A stretch of DNA of 62,206 nt from an uncultured Ruminococcus sp. (GTDB taxonomy: Bacteria; Bacillota; Clostridia; Oscillospirales; CAG-272), in NCBI GenBank assembly GCA_964457685.1, contig CAYWFS010000005.1:1-62206 (forward strand). The letters are read 5' to 3'. This document shows positions 1 through 9,374 of the stretch, piece after piece. A model generated the notes under the pieces. It did not search any database and was not told the DNA's origin. It worked only from the letters and a program-made list of their open reading frames with translations. The first letter of the stretch is position 1; each line of letters begins with the position of its first letter. Both the position numbers and the translations under genes were made by a program.

Positions 1-85
1 TTAACAAATTCTTTTTGTTTTTTGCTTTGTCTACTTGACAGGGGGCAGGTTAAAGTGAGAGTGCATTCGTCATACGGGGATTTTT

Positions 86-883
86 TTATTCTGATGAGGC
101 TTCACGGAGACGTTTTCTGTATTCGGCGGGCGGTACTCCAAGCTGTTCTTTGAATATTCTGTTGAAGCTTCTGAGTGAGCCGAGACCGCATTCGTTGGAT
201 ATTTCAAGGACGGTCATTTCCGTGTTGGCGAGGAGATAGCAGGACTTGCTTATGCGGTGCTGATTTACATAATCGTTGTAGGATATTCCGACGGCTTTGC
301 GGAAATATCTGGAAAGATATGAGTAATCGTAGCCGGTGGAGCGTGCAAGATCCGAAAGGGAACAGCTCTTGCTGTAGTTGTTTTCGATAAATCTGAATAT
401 GCTGTAGAGAAGTGTTCCGGAAGAGCTTGAGACTTCTGCACTTGAAGCGTCACTATAGTCTGTGCTTTTGTCAAATTCTCCGCAAAGAGAGTACAGAAGT
501 CCCTTTTGTTCGATCAGTGAGCTTCCGTTTGAAACAGAGTTTAGCTTTTCTATATAAAACGCACTCGGTCTGAATTTGCTTTGCGTGGGAATCATTCCCG
601 AGGTCTTTTCGGCATACGCACTTATCAGCTTTGGTGAGAACAGCACAAGAATATGCTTTGAATGCACGGGCGTGTTCATTTGGTGCATTTGATTTGAGAA
701 TATCATTACGGCTTCCCCTGAAGAAAGCTTATAGGAGGAGCTGTCTATTGTCACCTGCATTTCTCCCTCAAGCACGCAGAGAAGCTCAAAGCAGTGGTGA
801 ATATGGGCAGGAAACTCAAAATCCGTGCCATGCTCGACTGCGAAATAGTCTGCGGAAAGAGAGTGCTTGTTTTCGTAAAACAT
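86..883 (-). CDS. AraC/XylS family transcriptional regulator, likely regulator of the divergent xylose operon
   Basis: 265-aa ORF. The C-terminal half has the double HTH typical of AraC (SLSDLARSTGYDYSYLSRYFRK ... EISNECGLGSLRSFNRIFKEQLGVPPAEYRK). The N-terminal half is cupin-like (FPAHIHHCFELL). It is divergent from xylA. Confidence 0.85.
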   Translation of the reverse strand: MFYENKHSLSADYFAVEHGTDFEFPAHIHHCFELLCVLEGEMQVTIDSSSYKLSSGEAVMIFSNQMHQMNTPVHSKHILVLFSPKLISAYAEKTSGMIPTQSKFRPSAFYIEKLNSVSNGSSLIEQKGLLYSLCGEFDKSTDYSDASSAEVSSSSGTLLYSIFRFIENNYSKSCSLSDLARSTGYDYSYLSRYFRKAVGISYNDYVNQHRISKSCYLLANTEMTVLEISNECGLGSLRSFNRIFKEQLGVPPAEYRKRLREASSE

Positions 884-982
884 TTTGTCACCGTATAAAA
901 ATTTGTTTACTTACCTGATTATACCGCATAAGAGAAATTTTTTCAATATCCGATTACGGAGAAAAAGAAGAAATATGGCAAA

Positions 983-997
983 AGACAAATTTTGTCT
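983..997. promoter_or_regulatory. Perfect 7-1-7 inverted repeat AGACAAA-T-TTTGTCT in the araC/xylA intergenic region; candidate operator
   Basis: Read directly from the sequence. It lies about 95 nt upstream of the xylA ATG, between divergent genes. Confidence 0.3.
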
Positions 998-1093
998 ATA
1001 AAAAATAGCCGTATGACGTGAAATTTCAATGAGGATATTCTACAATATAGACAGAATTAAACATTATATTATATATAGAGGAGACGGCTCGCT

Positions 1094-2413
1094 ATGAAAG
1101 AATTTTTCCCCGAAATACCCTATGTGAAATACGAGGGCAGAGACTCAAACAACCCTATGGCATTCCACTGGTACAATCCCGATGAAGAGATTCTCGGAAA
1201 GACTATGCGTGAACAGCTGAAGTTTGCTATGTCATACTGGCATACAATGTGTGCGGACGGTACCGATATGTTCGGATGCGGAACAAACGTAAAGACATAC
1301 GGTGAAAGCGATCCCATGGAGCAGGCTAAGGCAAAGGCTCGTGCGGCTTTTGAATTTATGAACAAGCTCTCGATAGATTACTACTGCTTCCACGACAGAG
1401 ACATCGCTCCCGAAGGAAGAACTCTCGATGAAAGCAACGAAAGACTTGACGTGATAAGTACACTTCTTTCCGAGCTTATGCAGGAGAACAATAAGAAGCT
1501 TCTCTGGGGTACTGCGAACTGCTTCAACAATCCCCGTTATATGCACGGTGCGGGAACAGCTCCGAATGCGGATGTATTTGCTTTTGCGGCGGCTCAGATA
1601 AAGAAGGCTATCGAAATTACCGTTAAGCTCGGCGGTAACGGATATGTTTACTGGGGTGGCAGAGAGGGCTACGAAACACTTCTCAATACAGATATGGGTC
1701 GTGAGCTTGACAATATGGCATTCCTGCTCAAGCTTACCTCCGATTATGCACGTTCCATAGGCTTCACGGGAGACTTCTATATCGAACCCAAGCCGAAGGA
1801 ACCCACAAAGCACCAGTACGATTTTGATGCCGCTACAGTATGCGGATTCCTTGCAAAATACGGACTCGACAAGGATTTCAAGCTTAATATTGAAGCAAAC
1901 CACGCAACTCTTGCGGGACACACCTTCCAGCATGAGCTTAATGTAGCAAGAATCAACGGTGCATTCGGTTCAATAGACGCAAACCAGGGAGATATGTTCC
2001 TCGGATGGGATACAGACCAGTTCCCGACAAATGTGTACGAAACATCCCTTTGTATGCTTGAAGTAATTCGTGCCGGCGGATTTACAAACGGCGGTCTTAA
2101 CTTTGACGCAAAGGCACGCAGAGGCTCTTACACATGGGAGGATATTGCCTACTCCTACATCGCAGGTATGGACACCTTTGCACTCGGTCTCAGAATCGCG
2201 GACAGAATAATCAAGGACGGCAGAATAGACGGTTTCGTTGCACAGAGATACGACAGCTACAACAGCGGTATCGGAAAGAAGATTACCGACAAGACTGCTA
2301 CAATCGAAGAGCTTGAAGCATATGCAAAGGCTATGGGAGACGTTACCACAAACAAGAGTGGCAGACAGGAATATCTCGAAAACGTAATGAACAGCGTGAT
2401 GTTCGGTATCTGA
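1094..2413 (+). CDS. xylA: Xylose isomerase
   Basis: 439-aa ORF with family hallmarks FHDRD, WGGREGY and [15 protein letters not shown]. An SD (agaggag) precedes the ATG. Confidence 0.95.
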   Translation: MKEFFPEIPYVKYEGRDSNNPMAFHWYNPDEEILGKTMREQLKFAMSYWHTMCADGTDMFGCGTNVKTYGESDPMEQAKAKARAAFEFMNKLSIDYYCFHDRDIAPEGRTLDESNERLDVISTLLSELMQENNKKLLWGTANCFNNPRYMHGAGTAPNADVFAFAAAQIKKAIEITVKLGGNGYVYWGGREGYETLLNTDMGRELDNMAFLLKLTSDYARSIGFTGDFYIEPKPKEPTKHQYDFDAATVCGFLAKYGLDKDFKLNIEANHATLAGHTFQHELNVARINGAFGSIDANQGDMFLGWDTDQFPTNVYETSLCMLEVIRAGGFTNGGLNFDAKARRGSYTWEDIAYSYIAGMDTFALGLRIADRIIKDGRIDGFVAQRYDSYNSGIGKKITDKTATIEELEAYAKAMGDVTTNKSGRQEYLENVMNSVMFGI

Positions 2414-2436
2414 CATTTGCGGAAAGGCAGAATAAA

Positions 2437-4533
2437 ATGAACAAGGAAATTGCAAGAAAAAAAGCCCGTGAGCTTGTAGAGCAGATGACAGTCGAGGAAA
2501 AAGCGTCTCAGCTCCTTTACAATTCTCCGGCTATAGAAAGACTCGGCATACATGAGTATAACTGGTGGAACGAAGCTTCCCACGGTGTTGCACGTTCGGG
2601 TATGGCTACCGTATTTCCTCATGCAATAGGACTTGCCGCTACCTTTGACCCCAAGCTGATAGGAAAGGTCGGAGAAGCGGTTTCCACGGAAGCAAGAGCT
2701 AAATACAACAGCTCACAAAAATACGGAGACTACGATATTTACAAGGGACTTACATACTGGACTCCGAATATCAATATTTTCCGTGACCCGAGATGGGGTA
2801 GAGGACAGGAAACATTCGGAGAAGACCCGTATCTTACTTCCGCAATGGGTGTAAATTATATAAAGGGTATTCAGGGAGACGGTGAGTTTTTGAAAGCTGC
2901 CGCTTGTGCAAAGCATTTTGCGGTTCATTCAGGTCCCGAGCCTCTCAGACACTGCTTTAACGCTGAGGTAAACGACCACGACCTTTGGGAAACATATCTT
3001 CCTGCGTTTGAATATGCGGTGAATGCGGATGTTGCCGGTGTCATGGGTGCATATAACCGAATGAACGGCTATCCCTGCTGTGCTTCAAAGGAGCTTATAC
3101 AAGATATTCTCTACGGAAAGTGGGGATTTGACGGATATTTCACTTCCGACTGCGGTGCTATTCAGGATATTCTTTCATATCATCACTATACAGACAACAT
3201 TTTTGACGCTTGTGCAATCTCTATAAAGGCAGGCTGTCAGCTCAACTGCGGAAGTGCATATGCTCATCTTATGGAAGCATACGAGCGTGACCTTATCACT
3301 GAGGAAGACATAACAGAAGCCGCTGTCAGAGTTTACACTACAAGAGTGCTTCTCGGCGAATTTGAAGAGGAACGTCCTTATTCAGATATTCCTTTCGATA
3401 AGCTTGACTGCGAGGAATTCAGACAGCTCAACTTAAAGGCGGCAGAGGAATGTGCGGTTCTTCTTAAAAATGACGGATTCCTGCCGCTGTCCCCCGATGC
3501 AAAGAAGAAAATTGCCGTTATAGGTCCGAACTCCATGTCGCACATTGCACTTGAGGGTAACTACAACGGTATGGCATCGGAATATATTACCCCCGCAGAC
3601 GGAATGAGACGTATATTCGGCAGTGAAAATGTTCGTGTGGCAAAGGGTTGCAATATCTGGGTCGATAACCGTAATGACTGCCTAGGCTTCACCAACATGA
3701 TAAGCGAGGGTATCGCATATGCCGAAAACGCAGATGTAACCGTACTTTGTCTCGGTCTTGACTGCACTATCGAGGGCGAAGAAACCGGAATGAAGAACGA
3801 ATACTTCGACAACGGTGACAAGGTTGCACTCAAACTTCCGAAAACTCAGATGGAGCTTGCAAATAAGGTGTGCGAGGTATGCAAGGATGTAGTTATCGTG
3901 CTTATGGGCGGCGGTGCTCTTGACCTCGGTGATGAGCTTCTTTCAAAGGTTCATGCTGTTATTGATATGTGGTATCCGGGTGCGGTAGGCGGTCTTGCAC
4001 TTGCGGAGCTTATTGCAGGTAAGTATTCTCCGAACGGCAGACTTCCCATTACATTCTACGGCGAACACAATGTTCTTCCCGATTTTACAGACTACAACAT
4101 GACAGGAAGAACATACAGATATATGACCGAAAAGCCGCTTTATCCTTTCGGTTACGGACTTTCCTACACAACCTTTGACTATTCAGACGCAAATGTAAGC
4201 AATACCGAAAACGGATACAAGGTCAGCGTAAAGCTCAAAAACAGCGGAAGCATGGACGGTATCGAAAAGGTTCAGGTATATGCTTCTTACAAGGATTCGA
4301 GAACAACTACCCCGAATTTCCAGCTTTGCGGTCTTGAAGCGGTTGAGCTTAAGTCAGGTGAGGAGCGTGAGGTTGAAATAGACGTTGACGCATTCTGGAC
4401 AAAGGCTGTGCTTGCTGACGGAACAAGAACGAATGCCGACACAGCTCTCACATTCTACGTTGGCGGACATCTTCCCGACGAAAGAAGCCGTGAGCTTGGA
4501 CTTTCTGATTGCATTGAGATAAAGGTAAAATGA
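2437..4533 (+). CDS. Glycoside hydrolase family 3 beta-xylosidase/beta-glucosidase
   Basis: 698 aa. GH3 signatures are present (KHFAVHSGPE, nucleophile context GYFTSDCGAI) plus a C-terminal fibronectin-like tail. Placement between xylA and xylB favours beta-xylosidase. Confidence 0.85.
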   Translation: MNKEIARKKARELVEQMTVEEKASQLLYNSPAIERLGIHEYNWWNEASHGVARSGMATVFPHAIGLAATFDPKLIGKVGEAVSTEARAKYNSSQKYGDYDIYKGLTYWTPNINIFRDPRWGRGQETFGEDPYLTSAMGVNYIKGIQGDGEFLKAAACAKHFAVHSGPEPLRHCFNAEVNDHDLWETYLPAFEYAVNADVAGVMGAYNRMNGYPCCASKELIQDILYGKWGFDGYFTSDCGAIQDILSYHHYTDNIFDACAISIKAGCQLNCGSAYAHLMEAYERDLITEEDITEAAVRVYTTRVLLGEFEEERPYSDIPFDKLDCEEFRQLNLKAAEECAVLLKNDGFLPLSPDAKKKIAVIGPNSMSHIALEGNYNGMASEYITPADGMRRIFGSENVRVAKGCNIWVDNRNDCLGFTNMISEGIAYAENADVTVLCLGLDCTIEGEETGMKNEYFDNGDKVALKLPKTQMELANKVCEVCKDVVIVLMGGGALDLGDELLSKVHAVIDMWYPGAVGGLALAELIAGKYSPNGRLPITFYGEHNVLPDFTDYNMTGRTYRYMTEKPLYPFGYGLSYTTFDYSDANVSNTENGYKVSVKLKNSGSMDGIEKVQVYASYKDSRTTTPNFQLCGLEAVELKSGEEREVEIDVDAFWTKAVLADGTRTNADTALTFYVGGHLPDERSRELGLSDCIEIKVK

Positions 4534-6059
4534 AAATGAAATACACAATTGGTATTGACGTTGGTACATCGGGAACAAAAACCGTGTTGTTCGATACACT
4601 CGGAAAAAAGCTTGCTTCAAGTACGGTGGAATATCCCATGTATCAGCCGCAGAACGGTTGGGCAGAGCAGAATCCGACAGACTGGAAAAATGCGGCAATC
4701 GAAACCATCCGTAATGTGATAAGCAGCTCTGGAATAGACAAAAACGATGTTGTCGGAGTCGGAATTACGGGACAGATGCACGGTCTTGTAATGCTTGACG
4801 AGATGAACGAGGTTCTTCGTCCGTCTATAATTTGGTGTGACCAGAGAACGGGAGAAGAATGCGAGGATATTGAACGCATTGTCGGCAGAGAAAAGCTGAT
4901 TCAAATTACGGCAAATCCCGCACTTACAGGCTTTACTGCTTCCAAAATAATGTGGGTTAAAAAGCATGAGCCTGAGATATACGAAAAATGCAGGCATATA
5001 CTTCTTCCGAAAGACTACATCAGATTTGTTTTGACGGGCGAGTACGCTACAGAGGTGTCTGACGCAGGCGGTATGCAGCTTCTCGACATAAAGAACAGAT
5101 GCTGGTCGGATGAGGTTCTGAATGCACTTGAAATAAACAAGGAACTTCTCGGAAAGGTATACGAATCCCCCGAAATTACGGGATATATCACACCCGAAGC
5201 TGCCGAAAAATGCGGTCTTGCAGTCGGTACTCCCGTTGTCGGAGGTGCAGGAGATAATGCGGCGGCGGCAGTCGGAGAGGGAGTTGTAACAGACGGTCAG
5301 GCATTCACAACTATAGGAACAAGCGGAGTTGTATTTGCTCACACAGATAAGCCCGAAATAGATATGGGTGGCAGAGTACACACATTCTGCTGTGCGGTTC
5401 CGGGTGCATGGCACGTCATGGGAGTAACTCAGGCGGCAGGACTTTCGCTTAGATGGCTTCGAGATACTGTATGCACGGATGAAGTCAACGAAAGTGCAAA
5501 GCTCGACTGCGACCCGTATGTTATAATGGATAAGGAAGCAGAGGGTTCGGTAATAGGTGCGAACAGACTGCTCTATCTTCCTTACCTCATGGGTGAACGT
5601 ACACCTCACCTTGATCCGAACGCAAGAGGTGCATTTATCGGACTTTCCGCTATGCATACAAGGGGAGATATGATTCGTTCACTGCTCGAGGGAGTGTGCT
5701 ATTCTCTCAACGACTGTCTCAGTGTGCTGAATGAGATGAATATTCATCCGGAAAGCATGAAGATATGCGGAGGAGGCGGAAAAAGCAAGTTGTGGAGAAA
5801 AATGCTCGCCGATGTGTACGGTATTCCCGTTACAACCGTGGAGTCTGACGAAGGACCTGCATTTGGTGCCGCAATTCTCGCAATGGTCGGGGCAGGAGTG
5901 TATCCCTCTGTTAAAGAAGCGTGTGATGCTGTCGTTCATGTCAAGGAAACTACCGAATGCGACATGAAGGCACATGAAGAATATAATAAATTCTACGGCA
6001 TATACAAGGGTCTGTATTCACATCTGAAAGAGGATTACAGAGCGTTGTCTCAGCTTTAA
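4530..6059 (+). CDS. xylB: Xylulokinase (FGGY family)
   Basis: 509 aa with an N-terminal GIDVGTSGTK and a C-terminal GGGGKSKLWRKMLADVYG. The ATGA overlap with the upstream gene suggests translational coupling. An alternative ATG is at 4536. Confidence 0.93.
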   Translation: MKMKYTIGIDVGTSGTKTVLFDTLGKKLASSTVEYPMYQPQNGWAEQNPTDWKNAAIETIRNVISSSGIDKNDVVGVGITGQMHGLVMLDEMNEVLRPSIIWCDQRTGEECEDIERIVGREKLIQITANPALTGFTASKIMWVKKHEPEIYEKCRHILLPKDYIRFVLTGEYATEVSDAGGMQLLDIKNRCWSDEVLNALEINKELLGKVYESPEITGYITPEAAEKCGLAVGTPVVGGAGDNAAAAVGEGVVTDGQAFTTIGTSGVVFAHTDKPEIDMGGRVHTFCCAVPGAWHVMGVTQAAGLSLRWLRDTVCTDEVNESAKLDCDPYVIMDKEAEGSVIGANRLLYLPYLMGERTPHLDPNARGAFIGLSAMHTRGDMIRSLLEGVCYSLNDCLSVLNEMNIHPESMKICGGGGKSKLWRKMLADVYGIPVTTVESDEGPAFGAAILAMVGAGVYPSVKEACDAVVHVKETTECDMKAHEEYNKFYGIYKGLYSHLKEDYRALSQL

Positions 6060-6065
6060 TGTAGA

Positions 6066-6178
6066 TAAAAAGTCGCCGGAGATGGACGATTTTTAAGTCG
6101 TGCGTCCGTTGAACCGACCCCCGAAAGTTAGACGAAAAACTAACGATTTGGAGGTCGGTTTTTTATGGCGGCTTTTTT
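6066..6178 (+). repeat. Copy A of the nested-hairpin terminator-embedded repeat (core 6111-6160)
   Basis: The outer stem AAAAAGTCGCC/GGCGGCTTTTTT encloses the core GAACCGACCCCCGAAAGTTAGACGAAAAACTAACGATTTGGAGGTCGGTT. The core is shared with the copies at 17667-17766, 33597-33680 and 60554-60645. Confidence 0.7.
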
Positions 6179-6281
6179 CTGTGTAAATGTATTTGTTAAA
6201 TTTACATTATCTCCATTTTTTGTGGGGGAAAGTATGGTATAATTGTTCTAAAATGAATGAATTGTGAAAGAGGGGTATTAG

Positions 6282-7061
6282 TTGACCAATATTATCAGAA
6301 TTATCCTGGTTACTTTCTTCGCCGGAATGGGTGCGGGTCTCGGTACGGGATTTGCAGGTATGAGTGCGGCGGCTGTTATAACTCCCATGCTTGTGACTTT
6401 CCTCGGAATGGACGCATACATGGCAGTCGGAATAGCTCTCGCATCGGATGTGCTTGCAAGTGCGATTTCCGCATATACATACGGTAAGAACAAAAATCTC
6501 GATATCAAAAACGGACTTCTTATGATGATTACCGTCTTGGTGTTCACCGTTGTAGGAAGTTATGTCTCAAATCTTGTTCCGTCAAATACTATGGGCGGAT
6601 TTTCTGTGGTAATGACGTTCCTGCTCGGTGTAAAATTCATCGTAAAGCCAGTCATGACCACTAAGGAAAATATGCTTGCGGTATCTGCGAAAAAGCGTGC
6701 CGTTCAGTCCGTTCTCTGTGGTATGCTTATCGGCTTTATCTGCGGATTTATAGGTGCAGGCGGCGGAATGATGATGCTTCTTATTCTTACAAGCGTGCTT
6801 GGCTATGAGCTGAAAACCGCTGTCGGAACAAGTGTGTTCATCATGACATTTACGGCTCTCACAGGCTCCGTGTCACACTTTATGATAGGCGGTGCTCCCG
6901 ATGTTCTCGTGCTTTGTCTCTCGATAGCGTTTACTCTTGTATGGGCAAGAATAGCCGCTGTATTTGCAAATAAGGCAGAGCCGAAAACTCTCAACAGAGC
7001 AACAGGTGTAGTTCTTGTTATTCTCGGTGCCGTAATATTTATGTTTAATCTTATATCCTAA
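6282..7061 (+). CDS. TSUP (TauE/SafE) family anion-exporter-like membrane protein
   Basis: 259 aa and very hydrophobic, with about 7-8 TM segments. Two Gly-rich repeats are present (FFAGMGAGLGTGFAGMSAA and GFICGFIGAGGGMMM). TTG start after the SD agagggg. Confidence 0.8.
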   Translation: MTNIIRIILVTFFAGMGAGLGTGFAGMSAAAVITPMLVTFLGMDAYMAVGIALASDVLASAISAYTYGKNKNLDIKNGLLMMITVLVFTVVGSYVSNLVPSNTMGGFSVVMTFLLGVKFIVKPVMTTKENMLAVSAKKRAVQSVLCGMLIGFICGFIGAGGGMMMLLILTSVLGYELKTAVGTSVFIMTFTALTGSVSHFMIGGAPDVLVLCLSIAFTLVWARIAAVFANKAEPKTLNRATGVVLVILGAVIFMFNLIS

Positions 7062-7103
7062 TTAGTATTCCCAAATAAAACTCATATAAGGAGGTTTACA
7101 GAT

Positions 7104-8627
7104 TTGCTCCCCAAAAGCCTGCTGAAAGAAAAAATGCGTGAATCAGTTGCGTCGGTTCTGCCGATAACGCTGATAGTTGCGTGTTTGTGCCTGTTGCTTA
7201 TCCCCGTAAACAACGGTCTGATGCTTTCGTTCCTTATAGGTTCCGTGATGATAATAATCGGAATGGGACTTTTTACTATAGGCTCGGACGTTTCAATGAC
7301 TCAGATGGGAAATCATATAGGTGCAAAGCTGACAAAATCCCGTAAGCTGTGGCTCATATTGCTGCTTAGCTTTGTGCTTGGATTTATTATAACCCTTGCC
7401 GAACCCGACTTACAGGTGCTTGCGACAAATGCCCCTGCGATAGACAAGACCGTGCTTATAATTACGGTGTCTGTCGGAGTCGGATTGTTCCTTCTCGTAA
7501 GTATGCTGAGAATACTTTTCAGTATTTCGCTGAAATGGCTTCTTATCGTCTTCTATGCGGCACTGTTCGTTATTGCTGCATTTGCGGACACAAGCTTCCT
7601 TTCAGTTGCATTTGACTCGGGCGGAGTTACAACAGGACCTATCACCGTTCCGTTCATAATGGCTCTCGGTGTCGGTGTTGCATCTATCCGAAGCGACGAA
7701 AAGGCAAAATCCGACAGCTTTGGTCTTATTGCTCTTTGCTCTATAGGACCGATTCTTGCCGTGCTTATCCTCAGCTTTATTTATACTGACAGTGCGGAGG
7801 CAACTCTTTCCTCATATGCCGCAAATTATGAGAATACAGTAGACCTCGGACGTGAGTTTATCCGTGAAATACCCGTGTATATGAAGGAGGTTGCGGTCGC
7901 GCTTCTTCCGATATTCGTATTTTTCCTTATTTTCCAGGTAATCTCGCTCAAACTTAAAAAGCGTCCCCTCGTTAAGATAATCATAGGTATCTTGTATACA
8001 TATGTAGGACTTGTTTTGTTCCTCACAGGCGTAAACGTAGGATTTTCTTCTCTCGGTTACGTTCTCGGACAGAATATAGTAGAGCATAATCTCAAATATC
8101 TGCTTATTCCGCTTGCTATGCTTATGGGTTGGTTTATCATCAATGCAGAGCCGGCAGTACACGTTCTCAATAAGCAGGTCGAGGAGCTTAGTGCCGGTGC
8201 AATCTCCGCAAAGGCTATGGGACTCAGCCTGTCGATTGCCATATCCGCCGCTATGGGTCTTGCTATGATTAGAGTTATCACCGGAATTTCCATAATGTGG
8301 TTTATGGTGCCGGGATATATCATAGCTCTCGGACTGGCATTCTTTGTTCCTCCGACCTTTACTGCGATTGCATTTGACTCAGGTGGAGTTGCCTCCGGTC
8401 CTCTTACAGCAACCTTCATGCTTCCTTTTGCAATGGGTGCTTGCTCCGCACTCGGAGGAAATATCATGACGGATGCGTTCGGACTTGTTGCCATGGTTGC
8501 TATGATGCCTCTTATCACTGTCCAGATAATGGGTGCAATCTATGTTGTCAAGACAAAGAGAGCAGGAAAGCAGGAACAGTTGCCCGAATATGCAGACGAC
8601 GAAATTATCGAGCTTTGGACGGAATAA
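7104..8627 (+). CDS. DUF1538-type polytopic membrane protein with an internal duplication
   Basis: 507 aa. The motif AFDSGGVTTGPITVPFIMALGVG recurs as AFDSGGVASGPLTATFMLPFAMG about 255 aa later. TTG start 8 nt after AAGGAGG. Confidence 0.75.
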   Translation: MLPKSLLKEKMRESVASVLPITLIVACLCLLLIPVNNGLMLSFLIGSVMIIIGMGLFTIGSDVSMTQMGNHIGAKLTKSRKLWLILLLSFVLGFIITLAEPDLQVLATNAPAIDKTVLIITVSVGVGLFLLVSMLRILFSISLKWLLIVFYAALFVIAAFADTSFLSVAFDSGGVTTGPITVPFIMALGVGVASIRSDEKAKSDSFGLIALCSIGPILAVLILSFIYTDSAEATLSSYAANYENTVDLGREFIREIPVYMKEVAVALLPIFVFFLIFQVISLKLKKRPLVKIIIGILYTYVGLVLFLTGVNVGFSSLGYVLGQNIVEHNLKYLLIPLAMLMGWFIINAEPAVHVLNKQVEELSAGAISAKAMGLSLSIAISAAMGLAMIRVITGISIMWFMVPGYIIALGLAFFVPPTFTAIAFDSGGVASGPLTATFMLPFAMGACSALGGNIMTDAFGLVAMVAMMPLITVQIMGAIYVVKTKRAGKQEQLPEYADDEIIELWTE

Positions 8628-8637
8628 GGAGGACACA

Positions 8638-9309
8638 ATGGAGCTTTATTATGTAATAACAATAACAGACCGTGCAAAAGCCGCCGCCATGCTTGATATA
8701 CATGAGGAGCTGTCTCTTTCGATGGTGCTGACAAATCTCGGTAAGGGAACAGCAACATCGGAATATCTTGCGGATTACGGACTTGAAACAACTGAAAAAG
8801 CTATAATCAGCACCGTTGCAAATGCCGAAGCTAAAAAAAAGCTTATCAAAAACGCAAAAAGAAAAATGTTTATAGACATTCCCGGAAACGGAATTATGAT
8901 GGCAATACCCATGAAATCTGTTGGAGGAGGTAAAACTCTCGAGTATTTGACTGACGGTCAGAGCATCGAGGGAGGAAGACCCAATATGGAATTTGAACAT
9001 GAACTTATCGTAGTTATTCTTAACGAAGGCTATTCCGATATGGTAATGGATGCGGCACGTTCAGCAGGAGCTGCCGGTGGTACGGTTCTTCACGCTAAGG
9101 GAACCGGCAAAAACAAGACCGAGAAATTCTTCGGAGTATCCCTTGCTGAAGAAAAGGATATGATATACATTGTATCCACATCCGACAAAAAATCAGATAT
9201 AATGCGTGCTATCAATCAGAATGCGGGAACCTCGACAAGTGCGGGTGCAATATGCTTCTCGCTTCCCGTATCTGAGGTAGCGGGACTTAGAAAGTTCGAC
9301 GAAGAATAA
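8638..9309 (+). CDS. Tandem P-II-like (GlnB-fold) signal-transduction protein
   Basis: The start was moved to the ATG at 8638, preceded by AAGGAGGA. There are two beta-alpha-beta-beta-alpha-beta halves. The second half (ELIVVILNEGYSDMVMDAARSAGAAGGTVLHAKGTGKNKTEKFFG) has the P-II-like core plus a T-loop-like segment. Confidence 0.7.
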   Translation: MELYYVITITDRAKAAAMLDIHEELSLSMVLTNLGKGTATSEYLADYGLETTEKAIISTVANAEAKKKLIKNAKRKMFIDIPGNGIMMAIPMKSVGGGKTLEYLTDGQSIEGGRPNMEFEHELIVVILNEGYSDMVMDAARSAGAAGGTVLHAKGTGKNKTEKFFGVSLAEEKDMIYIVSTSDKKSDIMRAINQNAGTSTSAGAICFSLPVSEVAGLRKFDEE

Positions 9310-9310
9310 T

Positions 9311-9372
9311 AAAAAAATCACCACTCGACGTATATCAATTTAATTTTGATATAGAAGTCGGTGGTGTTTTTT
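9311..9372. terminator. Bidirectional intrinsic terminator between convergent genes
   Basis: A-tract, then CACCAC(U)CGAC, an inner hairpin GTATATCAA/TTGATATA, GTCGGTGGTG and a T-tract. Confidence 0.7.
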
Positions 9373-9374
9373 GT

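Noticed and set aside
4617-5657. 346-aa ORF antisense to xylB.
   Set aside because: It lies entirely inside, and opposite to, a gene with unmistakable FGGY kinase motifs. Its translation is Cys/Arg/Ser-rich and low-complexity with no recognisable domain. Long antisense frames of this kind are a codon-bias artefact.
6182-6206. 7-bp inverted repeat TGTAAAT-N11-ATTTACA upstream of the TSUP gene.
   Set aside because: It is short, AT-rich and unremarkable for an AT-rich spacer. It has no second copy in the window.
8533-8637. N-terminal extensions proposed by the ORF track. The affected starts are 8533, 13786, 17649, 37400, 37573, 39068, 45408, 46483, 51092 and 56980.
   Set aside because: In each case a downstream start with a proper SD, or with a non-overlapping fit to the upstream gene, gives an N-terminus typical of the family. 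The extensions overlap neighbouring genes, terminator loops or promoters.
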